This document shows, piece by piece, positions 9,478-20,279 of a DNA stretch of 56,809 nt. This stretch comes from Candidatus Bathyarchaeia archaeon. GTDB lineage: Archaea; Thermoproteota; Bathyarchaeia; Bathyarchaeales; Bathycorpusculaceae. Location: contig JBEKGO010000010.1 of assembly GCA_050012755.1 (NCBI GenBank), positions 1 to 56,809 of the forward strand. Reading direction: 5' to 3'. A program made the position numbers and the translations under genes. The notes beneath the pieces were generated by a model, which worked only from the letters and a program-made list of their open reading frames with translations, searched no databases and was not told where the DNA came from. The first letter of the stretch is position 1. Every line of letters begins with the position of its first letter.

Positions 9478-12051
9478 TTACTTTCGCTTTTGTCTTCGGA
9501 GTACAAAACCAATAGCGACGACGACTGCAAGCAACACGACAACAACAAGGATTAGGACTAACTGCACGGATTGAAATTTGAAATTATATGATGGATTTGG
9601 TGAATTTGATGGGGTCGGGGGATTTTCATTAGTGACGGAATTAGAGAAGCTGTAAAGATTCCAGTCGTTGCACCCAACATATAATCTTCCGTTGGCTATA
9701 GTTGGTGATGACCAACTGCTCGATGGTGTAGTGAAGTTTGCGATTTTTGTGCCATTGTTTGTTGTATCAAGGATGAAAATGTGACGTTGACTTGTCACCA
9801 TGTAGGCTTTACCGTTAGCGTAAGAGGGGGAGACGGTTAGCTCGTCGCCAGTAAAGAAGCTCCAAATTGTATGACCATTGTTTGCATTAAGACATGCTAA
9901 GTTAAACTTGTCAATGATAAAAAGTTGACCATTTACATAAATTGGCGATGATATAATAAATTCGCTGGCATCTGGATCCGTAAAAGTCCAAATTGTTTTT
10001 CCTGTTGTCTCGTTTACACCATAATAAGTACCCAAGTTGGTTGACGTAAATACCAGTCCAGCCGCAACCGAGGGGGAACCGAGCATCTCTGTGCCTCCTT
10101 GAAACATATAAACATAAGGTAAGGACAGATTCCACAATACTTCTCCGCTTTTGGCATCGAGTTTGTACAGAGCCCCCGCGTTTGGTTCTTGGGAAACAAA
10201 AAAGACAGTACCGTCAGCAACTGCTGGAGAAGATTCTATTGGTCCATTTGTCTTGGTTTTCCAGACGACATTTCCGTTTTCTGCGTTAAGCGCATACATG
10301 TAATTATCTAATGAACCAACGTATACTATTCCATCGACCACGGCGGGTGAAGATTTAAGGACTATTGTATTGTAAGTGAAGGGTAAGTCACCGTTGACAA
10401 AGGTGCTCCAAATAAGAGCGCCTGTGTTAGCGTCTAGACAGTAAACGTTTCCGTCATCGCCACCTGTGTAGACTTTGCCATTGGCAACTGCTAGTGAAGA
10501 TTCAACAGCATCTTGAGTGGTAAAGCTCCAAATAAGTGAACCACTCCATGCACCTACAGCATAAATCTTTTTGTCCTGAGAACCAAAATAAACTATTCCA
10601 TTTGCGACGCTTGGCGAAGAGATAACGGATCCATTAGTTGTGAATTTCCAATTCATTGTTAGACTTGAAGGACCTTCCTGTGCTGTAGAAGAGTGCGTTG
10701 GGTCAGCACGCCACATGGGCCAATCGCTTGTCGGAACTGAGCCCGTTCCTATACACCATACTTGATTAAGTCTCGAGTATTCATTACCGGTAGTTGCATC
10801 GACAGATGTTGTTACGTCGCCTGGAATGATGTACAGGTTGCCGTATGCTATAGCAATTGACTCTCTGGGAGCTAATGCCTCCATAGGAAGCGTCCAAATA
10901 GGTTTCCCAGTGTTCGCGTTTAAACATGCAAACTGAGAGACACCGACTTGCCCACCGTACTCGGCAATTTCACCGATCGTCACATAAACTTTGCCATCTG
11001 CAACGGCAGGCATTCCTGGCCAAAGGAGAGTATCGTCTGGCCCTTTGGTTCTCCATATCAGATTGCCTGTTTGTATGTCGAGGCAGTAAAGATATCCGTC
11101 TTTGTTCATTTCATAAACCATTCCGTAAGCGATTGCAGGGCCTGTAACGAAATATCCATCGTTGTCTGATGGTGGAGTATACGTCCACAGTATCTCGCCG
11201 TTTGTAGCATTGAAGCAGTAAAGTGTGTTGTCGTCGGTTCCTCCTCTGATGAATCTGTCATCAGAATATGCACCGTTGAAAATCATTGGCCCCTTTGTCG
11301 GGGTATCCCATACGATAGCACCTGTTTTGGCGTTAAGCGCTATTTGTTGATTTTCGAAGGAGCCAGCGAAAACCAAACCATCACCATATGTTGTTCCAAT
11401 TCCCGTTTTTCCGCCACCAGGGATATAGGTCTGCCATGCCAAAGTTGGCGGTCTAGAGGGATCAGAAAAGTCCCATGCTTGAATATACGAGTTCAATTTA
11501 ACGTAGAACATTTTTTGCTCGGAACTGTACACGTTTGCGGTGAAAATGCCAGTGTCAGGCAAGAAATTGGAACTAGTCCATAATAACTTCCCTGTTTGTG
11601 GATCTAGACAATTGCTTTCTACGATCATGTGAGAATTATCTATTTTGTAGGCTATTGGCCAAGTGCCATTAATGAAAATTGGTGTTGCCCACACTTCCTT
11701 TCCCGTTTGGTCTAGTGCGACAACCGATGTGTTAGTGCAAACGTAAATCATCCCGTTAAAGGCTACAAGATAAGGTTGAATCCCCGTTACGTTTGATTTC
11801 CAGAGTATTGACGATGTAGAAGGAGCTGGTCCTGCTGAAAATCGGGTAAAAGAAGAATCACCTTGAAACTGTGACCACTCGTACTGATCCAAGTTATTGT
11901 TAGAAGTTGTAGATGTACTAACTTGTGCGAAAGCATTCGAACGATTGGTTGACATTATAGCAAAAATTGATGAGACAAGAAGTATAGTTAAAATAGCTAT
12001 AACGCAGATTCTTTTGGGAATATTCATTTCCCCCCGAATATGATCAGACAT
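9478..12051 (-). CDS. Secreted, C-terminally anchored PQQ-like (BamB-type) beta-propeller repeat protein with two propellers
   Basis: Signal peptide; repeats of SSPxVxxGxVYxG...YxLxAxxGxxxW; two entry motifs (WSQFQGD, WPMWRAD); C-terminal TM helix plus RRQKRK. Alternative ATG at 12027. Confidence 0.88.
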   Translation of the reverse strand: MSDHIRGEMNIPKRICVIAILTILLVSSIFAIMSTNRSNAFAQVSTSTTSNNNLDQYEWSQFQGDSSFTRFSAGPAPSTSSILWKSNVTGIQPYLVAFNGMIYVCTNTSVVALDQTGKEVWATPIFINGTWPIAYKIDNSHMIVESNCLDPQTGKLLWTSSNFLPDTGIFTANVYSSEQKMFYVKLNSYIQAWDFSDPSRPPTLAWQTYIPGGGKTGIGTTYGDGLVFAGSFENQQIALNAKTGAIVWDTPTKGPMIFNGAYSDDRFIRGGTDDNTLYCFNATNGEILWTYTPPSDNDGYFVTGPAIAYGMVYEMNKDGYLYCLDIQTGNLIWRTKGPDDTLLWPGMPAVADGKVYVTIGEIAEYGGQVGVSQFACLNANTGKPIWTLPMEALAPRESIAIAYGNLYIIPGDVTTSVDATTGNEYSRLNQVWCIGTGSVPTSDWPMWRADPTHSSTAQEGPSSLTMNWKFTTNGSVISSPSVANGIVYFGSQDKKIYAVGAWSGSLIWSFTTQDAVESSLAVANGKVYTGGDDGNVYCLDANTGALIWSTFVNGDLPFTYNTIVLKSSPAVVDGIVYVGSLDNYMYALNAENGNVVWKTKTNGPIESSPAVADGTVFFVSQEPNAGALYKLDAKSGEVLWNLSLPYVYMFQGGTEMLGSPSVAAGLVFTSTNLGTYYGVNETTGKTIWTFTDPDASEFIISSPIYVNGQLFIIDKFNLACLNANNGHTIWSFFTGDELTVSPSYANGKAYMVTSQRHIFILDTTNNGTKIANFTTPSSSWSSPTIANGRLYVGCNDWNLYSFSNSVTNENPPTPSNSPNPSYNFKFQSVQLVLILVVVVLLAVVVAIGFVLRRQKRK

Positions 12052-12275
12052 TTGAAGAGGTTAACCCTTGAACACCAATAAGGGAAGATAGGCTGTTTCA
12101 CTATAAATCTTACGGAAAAATTCGTTTAACTCAATTATAACTTCAGTAAGACGAAAAATGTGCTGCGCTAACCGTAAAAACACAAACAAGAAGGCACCGC
12201 ACAATCTTTTTTAAGATGAAAAGAACCCTTAAGGTAAATAATGAATCAGCGAAGAGAATTTGAGGGAATTTTGCT

Positions 12276-13349
12276 TTGACGAATAAGGGTCCTTTACTTA
12301 TGACTTCTTGGAGAGCAACAGGCGCATGCAACGCGCGTTGCAAATACTGCAATGTTGACGCTAGCGGTAAGCGTTCTCCTAGAGAAATGACAACAAAAGA
12401 AGCCCTTCATTTGGTAGATGAAGTGCACCGTTTTGGTGTGAGATGGTTCGGCCTAAAAGGCGGGGAACCCTTGATGCGTGAAGACATTTTTGAAATTGTC
12501 ACTTACGCAAAAAACTTGGGATTAAATGTGTGTCTACTGACCAATGGATGCTTTGTAGATGGAAAAATTTACGATAACTTGGTTAAAAATCAAGTTTGGA
12601 CGTCAGTAAGCATTGATGGACCTGAAGAAGTCAATGATCAGCTGAGAGGAAAGGGCTCTTATAAAAAGGCGTTAGCAGCAATCGAGAAGTTATCGCAAGG
12701 TAAAATCCTAAACGGTTTGGCTTGTGCAATTACATCCATTAACTACAAGCATTTAGACCATGTCGCCGAGTTGGCTGATAAATACCACGCTAACTTTGTC
12801 TGGTACAACCATCTGGTTCCAAGCGGCAGAGCAAAAGAAACAATGGATCTAACCCCGACGCCAGAACAATACGAGTGGACACTTAACCACATATGGGATA
12901 TAACCCAAAAGTACGACGGAAAATTTGAAGTGCATGTTCATTGCCCACATTTCGCTCGGGTGGTAAAACAGAGGAATATACCAAACTTTGACGAGTGGTA
13001 TCAACACAAGTTTCATGGCAAATGTACTTACTTTGCCTTTGGCGGATACCTGAGCGTCACAGAAAACGGCGATCTAATTCCATGCTTTTACACCGATCTT
13101 AGACCTTCCGAACCGATGATGCTTGGGAACATACGTGAAAAAAGCCTCACTGAAGCATGGAAAGAAGTTCAAGAATCAAAATACTACAGAAGTTTTCAAG
13201 ATAAAAACGTCCTGAAGGGTAAATGCGGAGTCTGTGAATATCGTGAACTCTGCGGAGGTTGCAGAAACAGAGCGTATGCTTATACAGGAGACATCTACGA
13301 ATCTGATCCAGCGTGCGCTTATGTGCCTGAGAGCCTGCGCAAAAAATAA
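12276..13349 (+). CDS. Radical SAM/SPASM domain protein (NirJ/AhbC/AhbD-like)
   Basis: CNARCKYC, GGEPLMR, HLVPSGRA, SPASM cysteines (C...PC...CGVCEYRELCGGCR...DPAC). Confidence 0.88.
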   Translation: MTNKGPLLMTSWRATGACNARCKYCNVDASGKRSPREMTTKEALHLVDEVHRFGVRWFGLKGGEPLMREDIFEIVTYAKNLGLNVCLLTNGCFVDGKIYDNLVKNQVWTSVSIDGPEEVNDQLRGKGSYKKALAAIEKLSQGKILNGLACAITSINYKHLDHVAELADKYHANFVWYNHLVPSGRAKETMDLTPTPEQYEWTLNHIWDITQKYDGKFEVHVHCPHFARVVKQRNIPNFDEWYQHKFHGKCTYFAFGGYLSVTENGDLIPCFYTDLRPSEPMMLGNIREKSLTEAWKEVQESKYYRSFQDKNVLKGKCGVCEYRELCGGCRNRAYAYTGDIYESDPACAYVPESLRKK

Positions 13350-13436
13350 CACTTTTCTTTACTTACCTTTATTTGATTCAAGAAAAGAAAATATCTTATA
13401 AGCAGATTGGATTCGAGAGTAATAGCAAGAGAAAAG

Positions 13437-15677
13437 ATGAAAAAAATAACTATTATTTGCGTTGTCTTAATTGCGCTGGTTTTAGCTTCAGGCGTTTCAA
13501 GAAGCTTTGCTAATGGAACAGACCAGCCGAGCGCGACGTCGTGGCCTATGTTCCACAATGATCTATCACATTCTGGCTACTCAAGTTCTTTAGCGCCAAA
13601 AACAAACCAAACACAATGGAAGTTTAATACTGGAGGCCAAGTAGGATCGCCCTCGATAAATAATGGGGTGGTTTATGTCGGTTCGTACGATCATCGGATT
13701 TACGCTTTCAACGCCTCCAACGGCACTATAATATGGAATGCTTCCACAGGCGGTATAGTAATTTCTCGTCCTGCAGTAGCTGGCGGCATAGTTTATGTTG
13801 GTTCAGAAGATAACAACCTCTACGCTTTCAACGCGACTAATGGAAATCAGCTTTGGACTTACAAAACTGGGTACTATGTTGATTCGGATCCAGCCGTTGC
13901 TAATGGCGCAGTTTATTTCGGTTCTGAGGATAAGAAAGTTTACGCTCTGAACGCTACAACAGGCGAATACCTTTGGAGTTATGGTACCGGCGACAAAATC
14001 ATGCTATCATCTATCACTGTTAGTGAGGGCTTAGTCTACATAGGCGCTTTAGATCACAACATCTACGCGTTGAACGGCACAGACGGCAAACTTGTTTGGA
14101 GCTACAGAACAGGCGACCAAATAATTTCTACGCCAGCAATTGTTGACGGCGTAATGTATGTGGGTTCATCGGATCATCACTTGTACGCTTTGGATGCATC
14201 TGATGGAAAGCAAATTTGGAACTTCACCGCAGGTGACGCTATCTATTCCTCTCCAAGCGTTTCAAATGGGTTAGCCTATGTAGGCTCATTGGACGACAAA
14301 ATCTACGCGTTAAACACCCTAGACGGCAAAAACGTTTGGAACTACTCAACCAAGGGGGCAATAGCATCTTCTCCAACATTTGCCAACGGCGTGGTCTACA
14401 TTGGGTCGAATGACAACAACATATATGCATTGAAAGGGTCAGACGGGGAATTCTTGTGGCGTTATAAAACAGGTGGCCAAATTATTTCTCGACCTGCAGT
14501 TGCTGAAGGCGTGGTCTATGCAGGTTCATGGGATGGCACATTTTACGCTTTAAACGCCAATAACGGCAACTTTGTTTGGAGTTATGTAACTGGCGGCCAA
14601 ATTGACTCGTCCCCAACAGTAGCAGATGGCTTAGTTTATGTTGGCTGTCATGACGGCAAAATATACGCTTTGAATGCTTCCACTGGGATGGTGGGTTACA
14701 ACTCGGAATTGCACAACAGCGTTGTATGGAGCTATTCAACTGGTGATATGGTTATGTTTTCTTCACCTGCAGTTGCTGATGGAACGGTTTATGTTGGCTC
14801 TTACGATGGCAATGTTTATGCGTTAAATGCGTTTACAGGCACGTACTTTTGGAGATTTAAGACAGGTGGTCCAGTGATTTCTTCTCCAGCAATCTACAAG
14901 GGCGTGGTATATGTAGGATCTGAGGACAACAGTGTTTACGCCATAAATGGGACAGACGGCAAACTTGTTTGGAAGTTTAATACCGGCGACATGATAATGG
15001 TCTCGTCGCCCGCTGTTTCAGATGGAAGAGTTTTCATTGGTTCAAATGACCATAAAATCTATGCTTTGGATGCTTCTAACGGAGCCTCTATTTGGAATTT
15101 CACTACGAACGGGTTTGTAGTTTCTTCTCCAACGGTTGCAGATGGATTAATCTATGCAGGGTCATATGATCATGAGATTTACGCTTTAAACTCTACGACA
15201 GGTCATCTTGTCTGGAATTTCACAACAGGCGGTGTTGTAGCCTCATCTCCGGCTGTGGCAAACGGTATTGTCTATGTAGGTTCAGGAGATAACAAAGTTT
15301 ATGCTTTGAATGAAGCCAACGGTAAGGTCATATGGAAATACACAACTGGAGGAGAAGTGGCTTCCTCTCCTGCCATATCAAACGGAATAGTTATTGTAGG
15401 CTCATATGATGGCAAAGTTTACGCTTTAGATACCAAGAATGGAGCTTACATTTGGAGTTATGCCACTGGAGGAATGGTTGTTTCTTCTCCAGCGATCGCT
15501 AGTGGTATGGTTTACATTGGATCATACAACCATATCTTCTACGCGTTCGGTTCCTCAGAGAATACGCAAATTTATGCCACACCGTTTCCAATTCTTATTA
15601 CTTCGATTTTGACGCTAATTGCTGTCTTCGCAATGCTTTTAGCATTACTTTATTATAGAAAGAAACGGATGCAATAG
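13437..15677 (+). CDS. Secreted, C-terminally anchored PQQ-like beta-propeller repeat protein
   Basis: Signal peptide MKKITIICVVLIALVLA; about 16 regular ~40-aa repeats SSPAVAxGxVYxGSxDxxxYALxxxxGxxxW; C-terminal TM helix plus RKKR. ATG 13437 preferred over TTG 13407. Confidence 0.9.
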   Translation: MKKITIICVVLIALVLASGVSRSFANGTDQPSATSWPMFHNDLSHSGYSSSLAPKTNQTQWKFNTGGQVGSPSINNGVVYVGSYDHRIYAFNASNGTIIWNASTGGIVISRPAVAGGIVYVGSEDNNLYAFNATNGNQLWTYKTGYYVDSDPAVANGAVYFGSEDKKVYALNATTGEYLWSYGTGDKIMLSSITVSEGLVYIGALDHNIYALNGTDGKLVWSYRTGDQIISTPAIVDGVMYVGSSDHHLYALDASDGKQIWNFTAGDAIYSSPSVSNGLAYVGSLDDKIYALNTLDGKNVWNYSTKGAIASSPTFANGVVYIGSNDNNIYALKGSDGEFLWRYKTGGQIISRPAVAEGVVYAGSWDGTFYALNANNGNFVWSYVTGGQIDSSPTVADGLVYVGCHDGKIYALNASTGMVGYNSELHNSVVWSYSTGDMVMFSSPAVADGTVYVGSYDGNVYALNAFTGTYFWRFKTGGPVISSPAIYKGVVYVGSEDNSVYAINGTDGKLVWKFNTGDMIMVSSPAVSDGRVFIGSNDHKIYALDASNGASIWNFTTNGFVVSSPTVADGLIYAGSYDHEIYALNSTTGHLVWNFTTGGVVASSPAVANGIVYVGSGDNKVYALNEANGKVIWKYTTGGEVASSPAISNGIVIVGSYDGKVYALDTKNGAYIWSYATGGMVVSSPAIASGMVYIGSYNHIFYAFGSSENTQIYATPFPILITSILTLIAVFAMLLALLYYRKKRMQ

Positions 15678-15933
15678 CAATTATACGTGACAAAAACTCA
15701 AACATCGGAAGAATACAGGGGCACAAAAAGTGAAGATATGATTACATAATTGACTTTTTAGTGAGGTTTGCTGAGGCTCTGGATAAACTTAAGGAAGAAA
15801 AACGCAATCGCAAATTCGCTTTTCACAAAACTGAAGAGAGATCATATTCAACCAGAGCCTACTCAGCCCTATTTTTATCTCCAAAGATTTTTAAAACTAA
15901 AAAAAAGGGAAATATTGTTTTTATTTTGCATTT

Positions 15934-18672
15934 TTATGGTCGCTTTCTAAGCAGTAAGACGCCGACTATAGCGATTGCAATGATTATGGCGACTACTGCA
16001 AAGACTATGTATAGCATGAGATCTGTTGTAGTTGCAACGTTTGATTGAGCTGTAACAGTTGGTGCTGGTGTTGCTGCTGTGTCGACTGCGAAGCTTGTTT
16101 CTGAAGATGATGGCCAGTAACCGTTAGTTCCAGCGAATGAAGCGTAAACAGTGTATTTGCCTGGTATGTCAGGTTTCCATTGGTAGCTGTAAGCGCCGCT
16201 AAGGTCAGTTGTTGTAGTCCCAATCGTTCTAAAGTTGTTGTTGGAATCCAAAACACTGAGTGTCACCGTAACGCCTGTTGCGTCGGTCGGTACTGGTCTT
16301 TGCTGGTAAACGTAACCCATCCATTCTTTCATGCTTGCATCAGATACGCATGGAACGCCATTTGGAAAGTCAGCCGCCTGCTGATTCTGTTTTGTACCGG
16401 AAGAAATGTCTGTAACTGAACCAGAAATTACTAGTGATCTGCCGAGTTCGATTGATGCTTTAGGTGCCTCCACCGTGAGAGCACTTGGTCCTCTGCCGAC
16501 TACGTATACTTGGTTGTCGTAGCCGTTAAACCATGTTGAGTATCCGTCTGCAATAGCGTAGCTTGTTTGGCCAAACTCGATAGTAGCCGATGAAATAGTC
16601 CAGATTTCTGTTCCGTCAGTTGCGTTAACAGCGCGTGCTAATCCGCCCTTGTAAATTGGTGATACCCAAGTGTGTTCACTAGTAATTAGGTATACTACTC
16701 CATTGCCGATAGCGTTCACAAATGTTGGGATGTTGCCGTACGGCCAGTTAAGACCTGAGTTAGTGCTGTTGCCTTCGCCGCCATTGCCATAAGTCCACAA
16801 GAGTTTGCCAGTTCTATCATTGTAACAGTAGAGTATTCCTCCCATTGCACAGCTGTAGAGGTTGCCATAAGCAATCTGACCAGATAAAATGCCTGCGCTT
16901 GGACTGCCATAGTAATCAAGTGCTGTTTGTGGAGCGCCTGTCCATAGTTGCTTACCAGAATCAAGATCGAATCCTACCCACATTGCACCTTCTTTATATG
17001 ATTGGAGGAAGATGCGAGTGTTCCAATCGACTCCACCCTGTATGACAGTATAGTTGTTTGCTGGCGGCTGTTCTGTAGTCCACCACAATACCGAACCGAT
17101 TGCGCCTCTAGATGCGTTAAGGTTTACAAAGAAGTATGTGTATGGAGCACTGCTTGTGTAACTCTGTAGTAGGTTTTCACCGTTTGAAGGCAATGTACCA
17201 TTGTAGCAAAGTATTCCATCGCCATATTTGGCAGCCACAACTGTCACTGGATTTGTTCCTGGGACTGATGTAGGCATAGTATTTAGCCAGGGTAGTGAAA
17301 TGTTCCAGTCATAGCGGCGGTTGGGGTCACTCGGGTTAGAGATGCTTCCATCAATTGTCCCCGTAAATGTTGGCGCACCAGCACCAAACGGCAGAAACAG
17401 CAACGAAGAGTTCCACTCACCTAAACGCCAATCCGGTTTCGAAGCATTGCCTGCGTTAGCCATAACATAATCTAAGTATTCACCATCTGGACCCATCGCT
17501 CTCTCAGAGCCAAAAGCGGGAGCGTTGGTTACGTTGAACAGCGCATTTCCTGTGTCTCCATCATAACCCATCCAAGTAAGTGGCAATCCAGAAAATCCTC
17601 CGCCTGCAATTGTGACTAGAATTGGTGAGCAGACTCCGTGCTCATTTTGGGTTTGAACATCCATGATTAAACCGAAAGATAGCGCAGGTATATACTTGGA
17701 CCAAATCAACTCTCCTGTTTGCAGGTTAACACAGTCAGTAGGACCATAACCGCTAGATCCTGTAAAGGTATAGCCTGAAGCCGAAAATGATACTGGCTCG
17801 GTGTAGTATAGCATGCCGTCAAGTATTATCGGGTTGTTGTATCTAATTAGATATGCAGATCCATCGAAGTAAGTCTGTGCCGCATCCGCAAAATTGGTTC
17901 CTCCCACAACTCCACCACTCTGCAACGGCTTAGTCCACATAACGTGGCTTGTTAGAGATCCTACAGCGTCTCCTGGAAACATCGCCTCGCCACCTTGACC
18001 TCCCATGGCAGCATCGGCACCAGTATTGGTGTAGCCACCGTAGTTGGGTGCACCTAATCCTAGCCAGTTTGACGAAATCGAATACCAGTAAGAGTTCTCA
18101 CCGTAAATTGGTCGCGTCCAGTAAGCTGTTGGAAGAGGATAGCTGTATGTGGGTGAAGCTATTGGTTCTTGTTGCACAGTAACCGTTGTTGACGCACTGC
18201 TTGGCAGAAAAGTATCATTTGTGTAATCGTTAGGCCCGAGAGGACCACCAAGGCCTGATATTTGCTCGGTTGATGTGTATGTTTCTCCTGGATAAGTGAA
18301 CGTTAAATTGTACGTGCCAACTTGGTTAGGGATAAATGAAGTATGTTGATTGGAGGTAGTGTCAATAATGGTAGCGAAATTCTGGGTTGTAACGGCGCCA
18401 TTAGGTGCCGTAATAGTGAGCTTATAGTTATGGAATCTGAGATCGTTTGAAAATCCTGCTCCGTAGTAGTAGTTGGTTAGAAACATGTAAACAGACACGG
18501 TTTGACCGACACCAATGGGGTTAGGAGCGGCAGTTACGTAGGCGTAAGTCGGAATTTTCCATCCTGGATAATGTGCGCTGGCAGTTGGCGATAGTATCGC
18601 TGAAGCTGACATTGAAAGCATTAGGAACATAGCAATCGCAATAGCAATAGTTTTATTCTTAACAATTTTCAT
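15934..18672 (-). CDS. Large secreted surface protein (Ig-like domains plus divergent PQQ-like propeller, C-terminal TM anchor)
   Basis: Signal peptide; PNPIGVGQ Ig-like N-terminus; degenerate propeller repeats (TGKLLWTY, TDGTEIW); C-terminal Ig-like domain, T/A/P linker, TM helix plus RKRP. Confidence 0.8.
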   Translation of the reverse strand: MKIVKNKTIAIAIAMFLMLSMSASAILSPTASAHYPGWKIPTYAYVTAAPNPIGVGQTVSVYMFLTNYYYGAGFSNDLRFHNYKLTITAPNGAVTTQNFATIIDTTSNQHTSFIPNQVGTYNLTFTYPGETYTSTEQISGLGGPLGPNDYTNDTFLPSSASTTVTVQQEPIASPTYSYPLPTAYWTRPIYGENSYWYSISSNWLGLGAPNYGGYTNTGADAAMGGQGGEAMFPGDAVGSLTSHVMWTKPLQSGGVVGGTNFADAAQTYFDGSAYLIRYNNPIILDGMLYYTEPVSFSASGYTFTGSSGYGPTDCVNLQTGELIWSKYIPALSFGLIMDVQTQNEHGVCSPILVTIAGGGFSGLPLTWMGYDGDTGNALFNVTNAPAFGSERAMGPDGEYLDYVMANAGNASKPDWRLGEWNSSLLFLPFGAGAPTFTGTIDGSISNPSDPNRRYDWNISLPWLNTMPTSVPGTNPVTVVAAKYGDGILCYNGTLPSNGENLLQSYTSSAPYTYFFVNLNASRGAIGSVLWWTTEQPPANNYTVIQGGVDWNTRIFLQSYKEGAMWVGFDLDSGKQLWTGAPQTALDYYGSPSAGILSGQIAYGNLYSCAMGGILYCYNDRTGKLLWTYGNGGEGNSTNSGLNWPYGNIPTFVNAIGNGVVYLITSEHTWVSPIYKGGLARAVNATDGTEIWTISSATIEFGQTSYAIADGYSTWFNGYDNQVYVVGRGPSALTVEAPKASIELGRSLVISGSVTDISSGTKQNQQAADFPNGVPCVSDASMKEWMGYVYQQRPVPTDATGVTVTLSVLDSNNNFRTIGTTTTDLSGAYSYQWKPDIPGKYTVYASFAGTNGYWPSSSETSFAVDTAATPAPTVTAQSNVATTTDLMLYIVFAVVAIIIAIAIVGVLLLRKRP

Positions 18673-18894
18673 TTATTTATTCTCCTTTATTCTGTGTTCA
18701 CACATCTCACGCAGTTAATATTTAAAATTTTGCATCAATTGGCTTTCTACATCCTTAATTTAAATAGCTATGACCATATAACATTTAGAAAAAATCATTA
18801 TTTGGAAAGTCTTAAAAGTAAGAAGACACAAAAAACATCAAAAAAGTCCATTCTCGCATGCAATACCCAAAAAACTATTTAACTAGGAAGGTTA

Positions 18895-19911
18895 TTGGAA
18901 CTGAAGGCTGAAAAAACGAAACAAATCGATGAAACTGATTCCAAGATTCTAAATACCCTTTTAATAGAATCACGTACGAGTTTCACTGAATTAGCCAAAA
19001 TAAGCAGAATATCTGTGACAGCGGCAATAAGAAGATATAATCGTTTAAAAAAAACGGGCATAATTTGTGGAGAACACATGCACATTAATCCTTTAAGTGT
19101 GGGTTACGAAAGCATAGCGGAAATTGGCATAATGACAGATTTAGCAGATAAAGAAAAAGCCGCACAAGCATTAAGCAAGAGACAATCCATAAGAATTGAA
19201 ACCTTCACCGCCGCAAGCTCGTTAGGGAAATATAATATATACGGTCAGTTGAGGGCACGAAAATTAGCTGAATTGACGCAACTTGTTCAAAGGATAGACA
19301 TTAAGCCATTTACAAAGAGTTTAGACATTTTAATTTTTGCTGATTTATGGAATAATCCTTGGCATCCAGAAAATCTTGTTGTTAAGCCGTCTGAACGGGA
19401 AAATTTTATTGTAAAAACCAGAAAGTGTATACCCAAGTTTGAACATGTAGCTTTGGATGAGATAGACAAACGCATAATGAAAATGTTAATGGAAAATTCT
19501 CGGATAGTATTCAAAGATATTGCAGAAAAAACAAAAATTTCAACAAAAAATGTTATCCAGAGATATCAATTTCTTCGAGAAAAAAATGTCCTAAATCTTT
19601 CAACAATATCAGTTGATCTTTTCAAGCTAGGTTATAATGCAATATTGGACATTTACATAAACGTCGATAACAGAGGAACCCTGCATGAAGTCGAGGCGCA
19701 ATTACTTCAGACACCCAATTTAGTCTTTTGTGCTAAATTTGTTGGTGGAGCGTATGATCTTAGAGTAGCAATCATTTTATCGAATTTTGAGGACGTTTTT
19801 CGATTAAAAAAACAAATTAATTCAATAGAAAATATCAGGAAAACAGAGTTCTACCTCCACGAAATTCCGGGTCCTTGGCCAAGCGATATTTTAAGTCCAA
19901 CTCTTTTGTAG
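18895..19911 (+). CDS. Lrp/AsnC family regulator with tandem duplicated modules
   Basis: Two AsnC-type HTH starts (IDETDSKIL...SRTSFTELAK and LDEIDKRIM...SRIVFKDIAEK), each followed by a RAM-like domain. Confidence 0.85.
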   Translation: MELKAEKTKQIDETDSKILNTLLIESRTSFTELAKISRISVTAAIRRYNRLKKTGIICGEHMHINPLSVGYESIAEIGIMTDLADKEKAAQALSKRQSIRIETFTAASSLGKYNIYGQLRARKLAELTQLVQRIDIKPFTKSLDILIFADLWNNPWHPENLVVKPSERENFIVKTRKCIPKFEHVALDEIDKRIMKMLMENSRIVFKDIAEKTKISTKNVIQRYQFLREKNVLNLSTISVDLFKLGYNAILDIYINVDNRGTLHEVEAQLLQTPNLVFCAKFVGGAYDLRVAIILSNFEDVFRLKKQINSIENIRKTEFYLHEIPGPWPSDILSPTLL

Positions 19912-20279
19912 AGAAAATAAGTTTGCGGCTAATAGTTGGATTGCTTTATTGGTGCGACAAGAAAGGTGTTTGTCCATATTTGAAGTCTAAATGATGAATA
20001 GATCTTGTTAAGAAATCTCATCAATTTTTGAAATATAAATGTGATGCTTCCCAGAATCTCACCTCTTCAATCAAGAACACAATTTGGCTTTTTGGCTTTC
20101 CAGTCATCAAATGGAAAAAGAAATAAGCGCTATAGAAAATAAATAGTGACTGGGTCCGTAGAACGCCTAAACAAAAAGACAAAAATAGTTCAAGGATTCA
20201 TTACGGCTGGATTTGTGCAACGGGTGGATTAAGTTCACGATTCGTTTATGCGACAGCTGCATCAACTCTGTCTCTAGTT

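Noticed and set aside
18790-18880. Phased A-tracts in the divergent promoter of the Lrp gene
   Set aside because: No conserved core sequence; compatible with an ordinary AT-rich promoter.
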